Program-made: the position numbers and the translations under genes | Notes under the pieces: generated by a model | Databases searched by the model: none | What the model saw: only the letters and a program-made list of their open reading frames with translations | What the model was told of the DNA's origin: nothing | Assembly (NCBI GenBank): GCA_030390025.1 | Contig: CM059432.1 | Span: 68,078,001 to 68,142,000, forward strand | Direction: 5' to 3' | Source of the DNA: Squalus acanthias | Taxonomy: Eukaryota | Length of the DNA: 64,000 nucleotides | Shown: piece after piece, positions 12,317 through 24,196 of the stretch | How positions within the stretch are numbered: position 1 is the first letter of the stretch | Layout: every line of letters begins with the position of its first letter

Positions 12317-13264
12317 ATGGCAGTAGAGCTCGGACCTGTGTCATGCTCCTCCTGTAACATGTGGGAAATCATGGACGCTTCCTGTGTCCCTGACAACCAT
12401 GTGTGCGGGAAGTGTGTCCAGCTGCAGCTCATGTGGGACCGCATGACGGCCCTTGAGCTGCGGATGGACTCACTTTGGAGCATCCACGATTCTGAGAGGG
12501 TTGTGAATAGCACATTTAGTGAGTTGGTCACACCGCAGGTTAAGGCCAGAGTAGATAGTACATGGGTGACCAAAAGGCAGAGCAAGGGCAGGAAGGTAGT
12601 GCAGGAATCCCCTGGGGTTGTCTCCCTCAGCAACAGGTTCACCGCCTTAGGTGCTGTTGTCGGGGGGGATGACTCATCGGGGGAAGGCACCAGCAGCCAG
12701 GCTCATGGCACCATGACTGGCTCTGTTGCAAAGAAGGGAGGGAAAAAGAGTGGCAGGGCTATAGTAATAGGGGATTCGATTGTAAGGGGATTAGATAGGA
12801 GTTTCTGTGGTCGCGACCGAGACTCCAGGATGGTAATTTGCCTCCCTGGTGCAAGGGTCAAGGATGTCTCGGCACGGGTGCAGAACATTCTGGAGGGGGA
12901 GGGGGAACAGCCAGTTGTCGTGATACATGTTGGTACCAACGACGTAGCTAAAAAAAGGGAAGAGGTCCTACAAGTAGAATTTAGGGAGTTAGGAGCCAAG
13001 CTAAAAAGTAGGACCTCGAAGGTAGTAATCTCTGGATTACTACCAGTGCCACGTGCTAGTAAGAGTACAGAGAACAGGATAGTTAGGCTAAATACGTGGC
13101 TTGAGCAGTGGTGTAAGAGGGAGGGTTTTAAATTTTTGAGGCATTGGGACCAGTTTTGTGGTAGGTGTGACCTATACAAAAGGGACGGTCTACACCTGTG
13201 CAAAGATGGAACTGATGTTCTCGGGGTAAATTTTGATAAAGCAGTTCGGGAGCATTTAAACTAG
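12317..13264 (+). CDS. CR1 ORF1p (Cys zinc-finger, coiled coil, SGNH/GDSL esterase domain)
   Basis: CSSC..CGKC, LELRMDSL, IVIGDSIVR, HVGTND, DGLHL. Confidence 0.92.
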   Translation: MAVELGPVSCSSCNMWEIMDASCVPDNHVCGKCVQLQLMWDRMTALELRMDSLWSIHDSERVVNSTFSELVTPQVKARVDSTWVTKRQSKGRKVVQESPGVVSLSNRFTALGAVVGGDDSSGEGTSSQAHGTMTGSVAKKGGKKSGRAIVIGDSIVRGLDRSFCGRDRDSRMVICLPGARVKDVSARVQNILEGEGEQPVVVIHVGTNDVAKKREEVLQVEFRELGAKLKSRTSKVVISGLLPVPRASKSTENRIVRLNTWLEQWCKREGFKFLRHWDQFCGRCDLYKRDGLHLCKDGTDVLGVNFDKAVREHLN

Positions 13265-13817
13265 TATGGCAGGGGGCTAGAAACCCATGTAGTGAAATAG
13301 AGGAAAGTGAAAGGCAGACAGAAATAAATGGTAAAAAGGAGAGGAACAAAAAACAAAGGGCCAAACTAATTCATAAAAAATGTGAGCATAAAAAAAGCCT
13401 GAGGGTTTTATACCTTAATGCGAGAAGCATCAGGAACAAGGTAGATGAATTAGCTGTGGAAATAGAGGTTAATAATTATGATCTAATTGGGATTACGGAA
13501 ACATGGTTGCAGGGTGAGCAGGGCTGGGAGCTTAACATACAGGGGTATTCAGTATTTAGGAAGGATCGACAAAAAAGAAAGGGAGGAGGGGTAGCATTGC
13601 TGGTAAAAGAGGGGATAAATGCAATTGAAAGGAAGGATATTAACTCAGTTAATACAGAATCTATATGGGTGGAGCTAAGAAATAGCGAGGGGCGAAAAAC
13701 ATTAATAGGAGTGGTATATAGGCCTCCAAATAGTAAAATAGAGGTTGGGGAGGGCATCACGAGGGAAATTAGAGAAGCGTGCAATAAGAGCACAGCTGTC
13801 ATCATAGGTGACTTTGA
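13255..13817 (+). CDS. CR1 ORF2 N-terminal endonuclease part, AUG-less, -1 frame to ORF1
   Basis: Open from TTT AAA CTA through LNARSIRNK, ITETW, YRPP, IIGDF. Confidence 0.85.
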
Positions 13818-14106
13818 CTTGGGTCATTCCATTGTGTTTCTCCCAAACTCCAGACCTTCTGGAAGCGCCAATGGTTTGCTTCAATAGGGGCATTGTTTTT
13901 GTGTTTACAACCATCTCCTATTTCAAAGCTTGTGGTGTTTTATAGCTTTTGTTAGCACTTCATCTTATCTCAGAAGCCTATATTGTGTTTGCAGCCTGTG
14001 TCGCCGAGGCTTTCCAGACTTTTAAACTCAGTATGTCTTGTATTAATAATATCAAAATCTGTTCATAGGATGATGTATTTCTTGGAATATGGCTTATTCC
14101 ATTACA

Positions 14107-14715
14107 CCCCCGTCTTGACCAAAAGATGAGCTTAAAACATCAGGGCAGAGTTTGGTCAATGATACTCATAAGGTTACAATAGCATATTAAGTTCATGAGA
14201 TGCACAATCATGTGCTACATGAAAATTATTTTTAAATCATCCTAGGACAATGTTTTGCCTTATTTTAAATTGAACACAATTTAAAAGGATGATAAGTACA
14301 TAGTCATGCAATGAGCGAAACAACATGTACTTAGAATGTCCAATCGGCAGATGTACGTTCCGTAGAGGTGAGTTATTCATACGAGCCAAGGAGATGTCAT
14401 TTGAAAGTAGTTGAAGCTTGACACGCTGTTCCTTCGATCCGGCATGTGTACAGATGCTTGTATTCATCAAGGCCTTGCCAGGCACTCAGTTGATTCCTTC
14501 TTCATCCGCGATGTCTTCCTCCTTCGTTAAAGTAACTCGTTGATCTTTCCTTGTTTCGGTTGTCGCTTCTCGTGAATCCAAATCCTGATGCGTTGCCAAG
14601 CAACGTGTAGCAGAGCCAACGACACCTTTTGACTTCCCATCGTCAGTAATTCGATCGCATCCATTTCCTGTGTCGTGCTCCAAGCTGGGTCTTGAAAGTT
14701 AGTGTGCAACTGCAC
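14107..14715 (-). pseudogene. Possible env-leader/accessory remnants of the foamy-like provirus (most of env deleted)
   Basis: Only ~600 bp between integrase end and PPT; short ORFs 14527-14715 and 14237-14485. Confidence 0.35.
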
Positions 14716-16169
14716 CTTGTATTGTTCCTCCTTTTCGGTATCCTGCAGGACATCTCTTGATATTGTCTATGGAGACAGTTTTAAAAATATGCTTGCCATT
14801 TGACTGGTTAATATATATTCGAACTGTTCTTTCGTTAATAACAGAATGTATTGGAACAGGTTTTTTTCTCTTCGGTCTTAAACCAGGTTTTTACTCAAAC
14901 TTCTTTTCCTGTACCCATTCTCCTACTATGGGTTGCCATGCTTTTATTTGTCAATTTTTCTACCTATTTGCTTCCTTTATCCTCTGATCAATTCGATGAA
15001 TCTCCTTTGTTACTTCTTTTTTTTTTCTACTGTCGCTGTTGGGTCAAGGACTCAAAGTGTGTAGAGGCAATAAAAGAACTATGGGTAAGCGATGTATGCA
15101 TCTCAACCCCATACATCAGATAATATGGAGTTTTAGGGGGCAGATGCGGGCACATTATTGAGTGATAGCTGTACTTCCGAATGATGGCGGTCCACTTATT
15201 CCCCCTGATTCTCAACAATTTGACCAATAACTTTATTACTCCCCGATTTTTACATTCCACCAGCCCCGCTGATTGCGGAAGATGTGGTGTGCTGTGCTCT
15301 AACCCAATCCCCCTTTGTTCACGTAGGCTTTGAAGACCTTGGATACAAAGGCTCCGCCTTTAACGGAGTGTAAGATTTTGGGTGCAGCAGCTACACTAAT
15401 TATATCAGAAATAGCCCTGGCGAGTGCGTTTTCCAAAACAGTTTTTGTGGGGACCAGCCAGCAAAAGGAAGTGCATCCATCCACACAAACGAGAACATGT
15501 CTATATTCCAAAGATGGGGAAAGTGGTCCAATAAAGTCAATAAAGAATTTTCCCATTGGCTCATCAGCTTTCACAGGAGCCAATGGTGGTGGCTTAATTT
15601 AGTGATGACTTATTAGTCAAATAGCATGGTTCACAATTTGCCACGTATGTTTTACAGGCTCTAAGCATGCCTGGCCACCAATATAAGGGGGTCAATTTAC
15701 AGAATGTTGTTCTGGCACTACAATGTGCTTAACTTATGCCCTCGTGAGCTTCTTTTACAAGCTGTTCTCGTTTGTGGCTCGGGGGTACTTCTCGGTTTGC
15801 CTTGAGCAACTTAACTAGTACAATACCCGTAGGGGTTTCCGAGTAAGAGTACTTTGGTGGATATTCTGGTGGATTCTCTGTTATTGGGTCTAATAGCTGA
15901 ATCAGTTCCTCATCCTGATTAGCTGCCCGTTCTGCCCTAGTGATTACACTAACATTGGCAGGCCCCTCTTGAGGGGGTGTGATGCAGACCGAACGTTTCG
16001 CTTGTTCGTCAGCAAGACTGTTTCCTTTTGAGTGTAATATCCCAGTGGTATGCCCGTTTACATGAATCACCTGACAATTCTGTTTCTCCATCCTCGAATG
16101 GAGAATTTCTTCCCACAATGTGGGTTTAATAAAGTCTGCTTTCTCTAAAGCATACCGTAATGTGGATAA
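14699..16169 (-). pseudogene. pol: Foamy-virus-like pol: RNase H C-terminus and integrase, degenerate
   Basis: HVNGH..GNSLADEQA; YPPKYSY; AHC..YWWPGM; KFFIDFIGPLSPS..YRHVLVCVDGCTSFCWLVPTK; HSTPHLPQSAGLVE; WQPIVGEWVQE; TVSIDNIK, collinear with spumavirus Pol. Confidence 0.9.
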
Positions 16170-19165
16170 TTGGAGCACATTCTGGGGAAGGTGGGACCTA
16201 TACAAACAGGACGGTTTGCACCTGAACCAGAGGGGCACCAATATCCTGGGAGGGAAATTTGCTACGGCTCTTCGGGGGGGTTTAAACTAATTTGTCAGGG
16301 GGATGGGAAAAAGGGCTGTAGTCCACGAGCCAGTGGTGAGTGTAGGGAGGTACTGAGGAGGGTATCAAGGTCGCAGGAATGTACCGGCAGACAGGAAGAT
16401 GGCTTGAAGTGTGTCTACTTCAATGCAAGGAGCATCCGGAATAAGGTAGGAGAACTTGGAGCGTGGATTGGTACTTGGGACTACGATGTGGTGGCCATTA
16501 CGGAGACATGGTTAGAACAGGGACAGGAATGGTTGTTGGAAGTTCCGGGGTATAGATGTTTCAGTAAGAGTAGGGAAGTTGGTAAGAAAGGTGGAGGAGT
16601 AGCATTGTTAATCAAGGATAGTTTAACAGCGGCAGAAAGGCAGTTCGAGGGGGATCTGCCGTCTGAGGTAATATGGGCTGAAGTTAGAAATAGGAAAGGA
16701 GCGGTCACGTTGTTAGGAGTTTTCTACAGGCCCCCAAATAGTAATAAAGATGTGGAGGAAGAAATTGCAAAGCAGATTATGAATAGGTGTGGAGGTCACA
16801 GAGTAGTTGTCATGGGTGACTTCAACTTTCCAAATATTGATTGGAACCTTTATAGGTCAAACAGTTCGGATGGGATAGTTTTTGCACAGTGTGTGCAGGA
16901 GGGTTTCCTGACACAATATGTGGATAGGCCGACAAGAGGTGGGGCCACGTTGGATTTGGTACTGGGTAATGAACCGGGCCAAGTGTTTGATTTGTATGTG
17001 GGAGAGCACTTTGGAGATAGTGACCACAATTCGGTAACTTTCACTATTGCAATGGAGAGGGATAGGGCCATACGGCAGGGCAGGGTTTATAATTGGGGGA
17101 GGGGTAATTATGATGCGATTAGGCAAGAATTAGGGAGTATAAGATGGGAACAGAAACTATCAGGGAAAGGCACAAACGAAAAGTGGAGCTTTTTCATGGA
17201 GCAATTACTGCGTGTCCTTGATCGGTATGTCCCTGTCAGGCAGGGAGGAAATGGCCGAGTGAGAGAACCATGGTTCACAAAAGAGGTTGAATGTCTAGTC
17301 AAGAGGAAAAAGGAAGCGTATGTAAGGATGAGAAAACAAGGTTCAGTTGGGTCGATTGAGGGGTACAAGGTAGCAAGGAATGAGCTAAAAAAAAGAGCTT
17401 AGGAGAGCTAGGAGGGGGCATGAGAAGTCCTTGGCGGGTCGGATCAAGAAAAACCCCAAGGCTTTTTACTCTTATGTGAGAAATAAAAGAATGACCAGGG
17501 TGAGGGTAGGGCCGGTCAAGGACAGTAGTGGGAACTTGTGCATGGAGTCAGAAGAGATAGGAGAGGTGATGAATGAATACTTTTCGTCAGTGTTCACCGA
17601 GGAGAGGGGCCATGTTCTTGAGGATGAGAGTGTGATAAAGGTGGATAGGCTGGAGGTGGTAGATGTTCTGAGGGAAGATGTTTTAGCAATTTTGAAGAAC
17701 CTGAGGGTCGATAAGTCCCCTGGGCCAGATGGGATATATCCTAGGATTCTTTGGGAGGCAAGGGAGGAGATTGCAGAGCCTCTGGCTTTGATCTTTGGGT
17801 CCTCACTGTCCACGGGGATGGTGCCAGAGGACTGGAGAGTGGCGAATGTTGTTCCTCTCTTCAAGAAAGGAAATAGGAATGACCCTGGTAATTATAGGCC
17901 GGTTAGTCTTACTTCGGTGGTTGGTAAGATAATGGAAAAGGTCCTGAGGGATAGGATTTATGACCATTTGGAAAGGGGCAACTTAATCAGGGATAGTCAA
18001 CACGGATTCGTGAAGGGTAAGTCTTGCCTAACAAATTTGATTGAATTCTTTGAGGAGGTAACTAAGTGTGTAGATGAAGGTAGAGCAGTTGATGTCGTAT
18101 ACATGGATTTTAGTAAGGCGTTTGATAAGGTTCCCCATGGTCGTCTCATGAAGAAAGTAAGGAGTTGTGGGATAGAGGGAAATTTGGCCGATTGGATAAG
18201 TAACTGGCTATCTCATAGAAGGCAGAGGGTGGTGGTGGATGGAACATTTTCAGACTGGAGACCAGTTACCAGCGGTGTGCCACAGGGGTCGGTGCTGGGT
18301 CCTCTGCTGTTTGTGATTTTTATCAATGACTTGGAGGAGGGGACTGAAGGGTGGATCAGTAAATTTGCTGATGACACCAAGATTGGTGGAGTAGTGGATG
18401 AGGTGGAGGGCAGTTGTAGGCTGCAAAGAGACATTGATAGGATGCAGAGCTGGGCCGAAAAATGGCAGATGGAATTTAACCCTGATAAGTGCGAGGTGAT
18501 TCATTTTGGTAGGGCAAATTTGAATAAGCTTTACAGGGTCAACGGCAGGGTTCTGAGGAACGTGGAGGAGCAGAGGGATCTGGGGGTTCATATCCACAGA
18601 TCTCTGAAGGTTGCCACTCAAGTGGATAGAGCAGTAAAGAAGGCCTATGGTGTGTTGGCGTTTATTAACAGAGGGTTTGAGTTTAAGAACCGTGAGGTTA
18701 TGCTGCAACTGTACAGGACCTTGGTGAGACCACATTTGGAATATTGTGTGCAGTTCTGGTCACCTCACTATAGGAAGGACGTAGAAGCATTGGAAAGAGT
18801 GCAAAGGAGATTTACCAGGATGCTGCCTGGTTTGGGGGGGAGGTCTTATGAGGAAAGATTGAGGGAGTTGGGGCTTTTCTCTTTAGAGCGGAGGAGGATG
18901 AGAGGCGACTTAATAGAGGTTTATAAGATGATGAGGGGGATAGATAGAGTGGATGTTCAGAGACTATTTCCTCGGGTAGAGGCAGCTGTTACAAGGGGGC
19001 ATAACTATAAGGTGCATGGGGGGAGATATAGAAGGGATGTCCGAGGTAGATTCTTTACTCAGAGAGTGGTTGGGGTGTGGAATGGACTGCCTGCTGTGAT
19101 AGTGGAGTCGGACACTTTAGGAACTTTCAAGCGGTTATTGGATAAGCACATGGAGCACACCAGAG
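16170..19165 (+). mobile_element. CR1 LINE (second family): ORF1 end + near-intact ORF2 with one frameshift at A-run ~17390; 3' UTR/tail absent
   Basis: DGLHL..GGLN*; FNARSIRNK; ORFs 16170-17402 and 17431-19281; inserted in foamy RNase H. Confidence 0.93.
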
Positions 19166-19720
19166 TGCTGCGGCTTCAGCATATTGCGCTGTCTATGGCC
19201 AAGGGGTATCGACAGAAATTCCTCTGTATAAAAAGAATAGGAATCTCGAAAAGTCCCTACTACTATCCACATCCCAGCTGAGGATTGTTGGGATGTCTCT
19301 TTTTTAATCGTCATTCATGTTTCATCACAGTAAATAACTTGATGGTATTCTATAAGCAGTCTCACAGGTATTTATCTGATTCCCTCCTCCGTATCATCAT
19401 CCTCCATGATGGGGAGATGCTCTATCTTTCCACATTGATTTAGATGGCATTGTAGATAAGGGTAATATTATTAATTAATTGCTCGAGGAGGTCTTTGCCT
19501 CCCCACTCTAGGCAAGTTCGATCAAGCTGTGTTCGAACATGTTTTTCCCTGTCATCCATGTGGATGCTTGTACAGGTTTGGTTGAAATTTTAAGGTAATG
19601 TTTCATGTTTATTTGTCCTATAATGAGGGAACAGGCCAATTGTGGTACCAGTCCTACATCTAGGGTCACTGTGATTCCATATATAATAATAGGTATTTTG
19701 TAACATTTAATTATTTTGGT
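19166..19720 (-). pseudogene. pol: Foamy-like pol: protease C-end/RT start fused by deletion to RNase H N-terminus
   Basis: Manual translation: LACSLIIG; KDLLEQLINN..NQCGKI; YHQVIYCD..SAGM.IV..SIPLGH..AQYAEAAAL. Confidence 0.8.
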
Positions 19721-20375
19721 ATTCTACCTGTCCTCACACATCCTATTCTAGCTCTACTCACACATCTCATTCTACCTCTCCTCACACGTCCCATTCTACC
19801 TCTACTCCCACATCCCATTCTAACTCTCCACACTCCTATTCTAGCTCTACTCACACATCTCATTCTACCTCTCCTCACACGTCCCATTCTACCTCTACTC
19901 CCACATCCCATTCTAACTCTCCTCACACATCCCATTCTACCTCTCCTCACACATCCCATTCTACCTCTACTCACAAATCTCATTCTACCTCTCCTCACAC
20001 ATCCCATTCTACCTTTCCTCACACATCTCATTCTAACTCTCCTCACACATTCCATTCTACCTCTCCTCTCACATCCCATTCTACCTCTCCTCACATCCCA
20101 TTCTACCTCTCCTCACACATCCCATTCTACCTCTCCTCACACATCCCATTCTACCTCTCCTCACACATCCCATTCTACCTCTCCTCTCACAGTCCATTCT
20201 ACCTCTCCTCACACATCCCATTCTACCTCTCCTCTCACAGTCCATTCTACCTCTCCTCACATCCCATTCTACCTCTCCTCACACATCCCATTCTACCTCT
20301 CCTCACACATCCCATTCTACCTCTCCTCACACATCCCATTCTACCTCTCCTTACACCTCCCACTCTACCTCTACT
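19721..20375. repeat. 24-bp minisatellite, block 2 (same unit and strand as block 1)
   Basis: CACACATCCCATTCTACCTCTCCT repeats. Confidence 0.97.
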
Positions 20376-20379
20376 CAGC

Positions 20380-20810
20380 TACTATCCTGTTCACTATTTA
20401 CTACATTGCTAAGTTTTGTATCATCCACAAATTTCAAACTTGTACTCCCTATACCCAAGTCCAGGTCATTTATGTATAAGAAGTAAAGCAATCATCCTAA
20501 TACTGACTCCTGGGAGACCCCACTGCATACTTCTCTCCAATAAGAAAAACATCTGTTCACCACTACTCTCTGTCTCCTATCCCATAGCCAATTATGTACC
20601 CAAGTTACCACCGTTCCTTTAATACCACGTACTTCTATTTTTCGAATTAGCCTGCTATATGGTGCTTCACCAAGTGCCTTTTGAAAGTCCATATATGCAT
20701 CTACTACACTACCTTCATCAACCCTCTCTTCATCAAAGAACTCCATCAGGTTAAGCTGAGACGATTTGCCTGTAACAAATCACTGCTGACTGTTCCTTAT
20801 TAATCCATCT
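20380..20810 (-). mobile_element. Old CR1 RT fragment
   Basis: YMDFQKAL...SGVSQESVLG. Confidence 0.8.
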
Positions 20811-21799
20811 GAACCACTGGAGCAGATTTAATGTCTCATTCCAAAAACAAATAGACTGGATATTGTTGGTGGAAGGAAAACACTTGATGAACCAAATGGT
20901 TTCTTCTGGTAAGTTTTCTTATTATTACACCAGACATTAGCAATAACTTTGTTTATGACATTTGTTGGAAGCTGGTGAGGAACATTTTTAAGGCTTTAAA
21001 ACCCAAGCAACGTTTAAAAAAAACAACATTGGACATTAACGTTTGTTTACATAAAAATAAACATTTACATTAAATAAATATACAGACGTTAAATGTGATA
21101 ATATTTTTTTTTAATTTACCTAAAAATGAAATATATTCCAAACAGAGGATGATAAAAATATAACTGTATTCACTGATTATTTCCTGCCTGCCGCGCACAT
21201 TGTGGTTTCAAAGCAGTTTGGTGAAACAACACCTGTCGCCCTGGTTACTGCGGAAGCCTTTTCTTTAACTTTTTCCAATCAATAATCGGCTGTCCTGTGT
21301 GTTGTTCCAAAGTGCAGCCACCACTCAGTCCCCAGAAACCAACTGCACGTGTCTTCGTGGAAAAAGTACTGACAACACTCGCCGGGTTCCAGGGGTCCGT
21401 ATCTTAGCAAACGGCGTTCCAATTTGGATTGGCTCTATGAGGTCACAAAGGACTCTACCTGTGAGGATTCCCGGGCCATCCTCTAATCTCTATGACTTTT
21501 TCAAGCTTGTGCTTTGGTCGATGGGTATTGGGCCCCTCCACCACCCCCCCGCCACCCCCAGGGGGGGCTTCAGCTCACTGTGCGCCTGTGAATTTCATTG
21601 CGCGGGACCTTACAGGGACCTTAGAGGGATCATTGGTCTCGGTGTCCCTGGCCATCGGAGATGTGGACCTCCCAGCTACCCAGTGACAGAATGAAATATA
21701 ATGCAAACACATGTCATCCAACACTCAGTCATGTTGACTTGATTTCAGCCGCGAGTGAAATATGATCACTTTCATAATGATAAGTTGTAGCATTCTTAC

Positions 21800-24196
21800 C
21801 TTACCAGTACTAAATCATAATTTCTCTCCGACAGAGCTTTCACACATCCATGGACCTTGCGGACGACAAATCCTGAGAGAAACTGATTTCTTCTGAGGGT
21901 GCATTGTCAAAGGATTCATGCTTACCATGCACCATCACAGATATTAGCACTTCAGTGGGACCAGTTAGACAGATAGTTGGATTTTCACCTGATGACTCAC
22001 ACTTCACAAGTGAGCAAGAGCAACCAGTGGAGAGTCGGTGTCGGAGGGCGCAGCCCTCTCCAAGCTCTGCTCAGCTGCTGTACAGATGCTGTACCCCAGG
22101 AGCCATCGATGAAAAGGATAATCAGTGAGGAGCACCAGAAAATGTCCGATATACTGACAGGCCTTCCAATCACACTGCCCATGATTGCAGAGAGAATGGA
22201 CAGTCCACCTCAAGCATGAGTGGGTTGATGTCGCAGGGCATCACTGCAATCAAATGAGTCAATGCACGCCTTGACCATGGCCATGCACAGTCCGGATGCC
22301 AACATGTCTGGCACTTAAATAGGATGACAGATACCTTAACCTTGACCTTACAGCACCTCCCTGACCTGTACCAAGCTGCTCTCCAGCAGAGTGGGAGCAG
22401 TGAAGTGCAGCTGGCCCATGAGCAGGATGATGGTGAAAGGGGACATGGAAGTGGAAACTCCACTCAAAGCGCTTCCACTTCTCACCCATTGCCCACCAGC
22501 CTTAGCCCCCCCCCTCCCCCCACCCCCCCCCGGTCAGTACCCAACATGCTGCCTCTTGTCTCGATGGCTGACTCTGCCCCTGCACTGGTGCAGGTGAAAC
22601 AGTCTTTGGCGGGGTCCTCAGGGGCTCGAAAATGCAGATGACGTCAGCCAAGAGCATCTCAGCACACAGAGCAGGGATCTGAGTAGCCTGCCTCTACCTC
22701 TGATAAAGGCACAGGGGTAGCATGATGTAGGAGCGGTAGGAAAAGGAAGAGTTTAGCTTTGCAGTTCACCATATAAAATGTATTACTTTGCACCGCTTTC
22801 CCGTGTTGCCCATTCCTGGTTGCTGGGTGGCAAGTTGCCTTTTCACTTGCTTGATGATGAATGGGAAGATATGAATTTATGGGGACCAATGGGGGATGTG
22901 CAAGAGGCGATTGGTTGTTTGCAGGACTGCTTAATGTCAGTGGCATTGGAGCAGGGATGGGGCGGGGGGGACGGCGGAAGAGTGGGCGTTGTATGTGGTT
23001 CTGACATCGGTCCAGTGGTGGTAACTAACTGAACCTTGCATTAATAAGGGCATCTCTGGCACCAATGTGGGGAGCTAGTGCTGCATTGCCCTCAGCGCCT
23101 TCCTCCTCATCATCTTCTCCTCTTCCTCCTCCTCCTCCTCCTCCTCCTCCTCGGATTTGTCCACAGACAGTGTGCACTTTGCACCTTGTTCCTCCTGCAG
23201 CTCCAAACCTTGCTGCTGTGCAATGTTATACAGAGTGCAGCACACCACGACCATTCTGGACACCCTGGCTGGTGCGTACCGAAGGGGGCCTCCAGATCTG
23301 TTCAGGCACCTGAAGCGCATCTTTAGCATGCTGATCACTTGCTCAATCACACATCTGGTGATCATCTGGCTTTCATTGTCGTGCTGTTGGGCTTCATTGG
23401 TCATGTTTGTCACAGGTGTCATCATCCAAGTTTGTAGGGGCTATCCCTTGTCTCCTAGCAGCCACCTCTTAAGTCTGCTTTCAAGTACAAAGACATCAGG
23501 GAGCTTGCATTGCTGCAAGATGAAAGCATCATAACTGCACCCTGGGAATCTTGCACACACCTGCAGAAATATCTTATTGTGCTTGCACACCAGCTGCACA
23601 TTGATGGAGTGCCTCCTGCGAGCTGCACCCTTCTGCTGCTCCCCTCTCTGATGTCCAGCTACATGTCTGTCAACAGTAGGTTGTTGCTACTGGTGCTGGT
23701 CATATTGCTCCTCATCCAAGGTCCAATTTTAGGCAGCCAAGAAGCACCCATCCTGATTTGATTCGGAAAACCTCCAAAGTGTAGAAAGTAAACTCTCAGT
23801 TAAAGTACTGTGAACAAACCCATTCCACTAGTGGGTAAGAAAGCTGTGAGTACTGAGTATTTATTGGAGCATTTGCATGACTTTAAATCAGCTCCATCAA
23901 TTGCCGTTGTGTTATTGCCTTGGTTTCACTGGCAAGTTTCAGGAAGCCTGGGAAACCCATGGATGAAGTGTTAAATTTAAAAGTGTGTTGAAATATCGCT
24001 CCAATTGAGCGATTAGCATATGTTAATAGGTAACTTGCCTCTCTGGAGGGAATTGCGCGCTGCCAGCGTAACGTGCTTGAGCTAAACACGGAAGTTGCCA
24101 GGTTGGAGCTGGCTTTCAGACCCGCTTGCATTTTTCCGACTTTAGCCCCAAAGCCGCACCCAAACCCACGCATTCCTCCATGTTAAAAGTCCCCCA
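21800..24196. mobile_element. Decayed Harbinger element: partner-gene remnant (+) and DDE transposase remnant (- ~23030-23750)
   Basis: IEQVISMLKMRFRCLNRSGGPLRY..CCTLYN + poly-E; TIR-like AAAAGTCCCCC at ~24186-24196. Confidence 0.75.

Larger units (their letters stand above)
9197..13817. mobile_element. Near full-length young CR1 LINE with 5' inversion (3' part on minus 9197-11662; 5' UTR/ORF1/ORF2 start on plus 11663-13817)
   Basis: (ATCTATGT)n tail at 9197; endonuclease broken at IIGDF (13815) and resumed on the other strand at ..SKNNEEEEF (~11660). Confidence 0.9.
8031..14106 (-). mobile_element. 3' LTR (~1.45 kb after removing the CR1 at 9197-13817) of the foamy-like provirus
   Basis: Minus strand: PPT AAGACGGGGG then TGTAATGG at 14106; TATAAAAA ~8670; AATAAA ~8385-8390; possible ...CCTTCA end ~8037. 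Confidence 0.7.

Noticed and set aside
14960..15030. Foamy central polypurine tract
   Set aside because: Purine runs exist on the minus strand but none duplicates the 3' PPT
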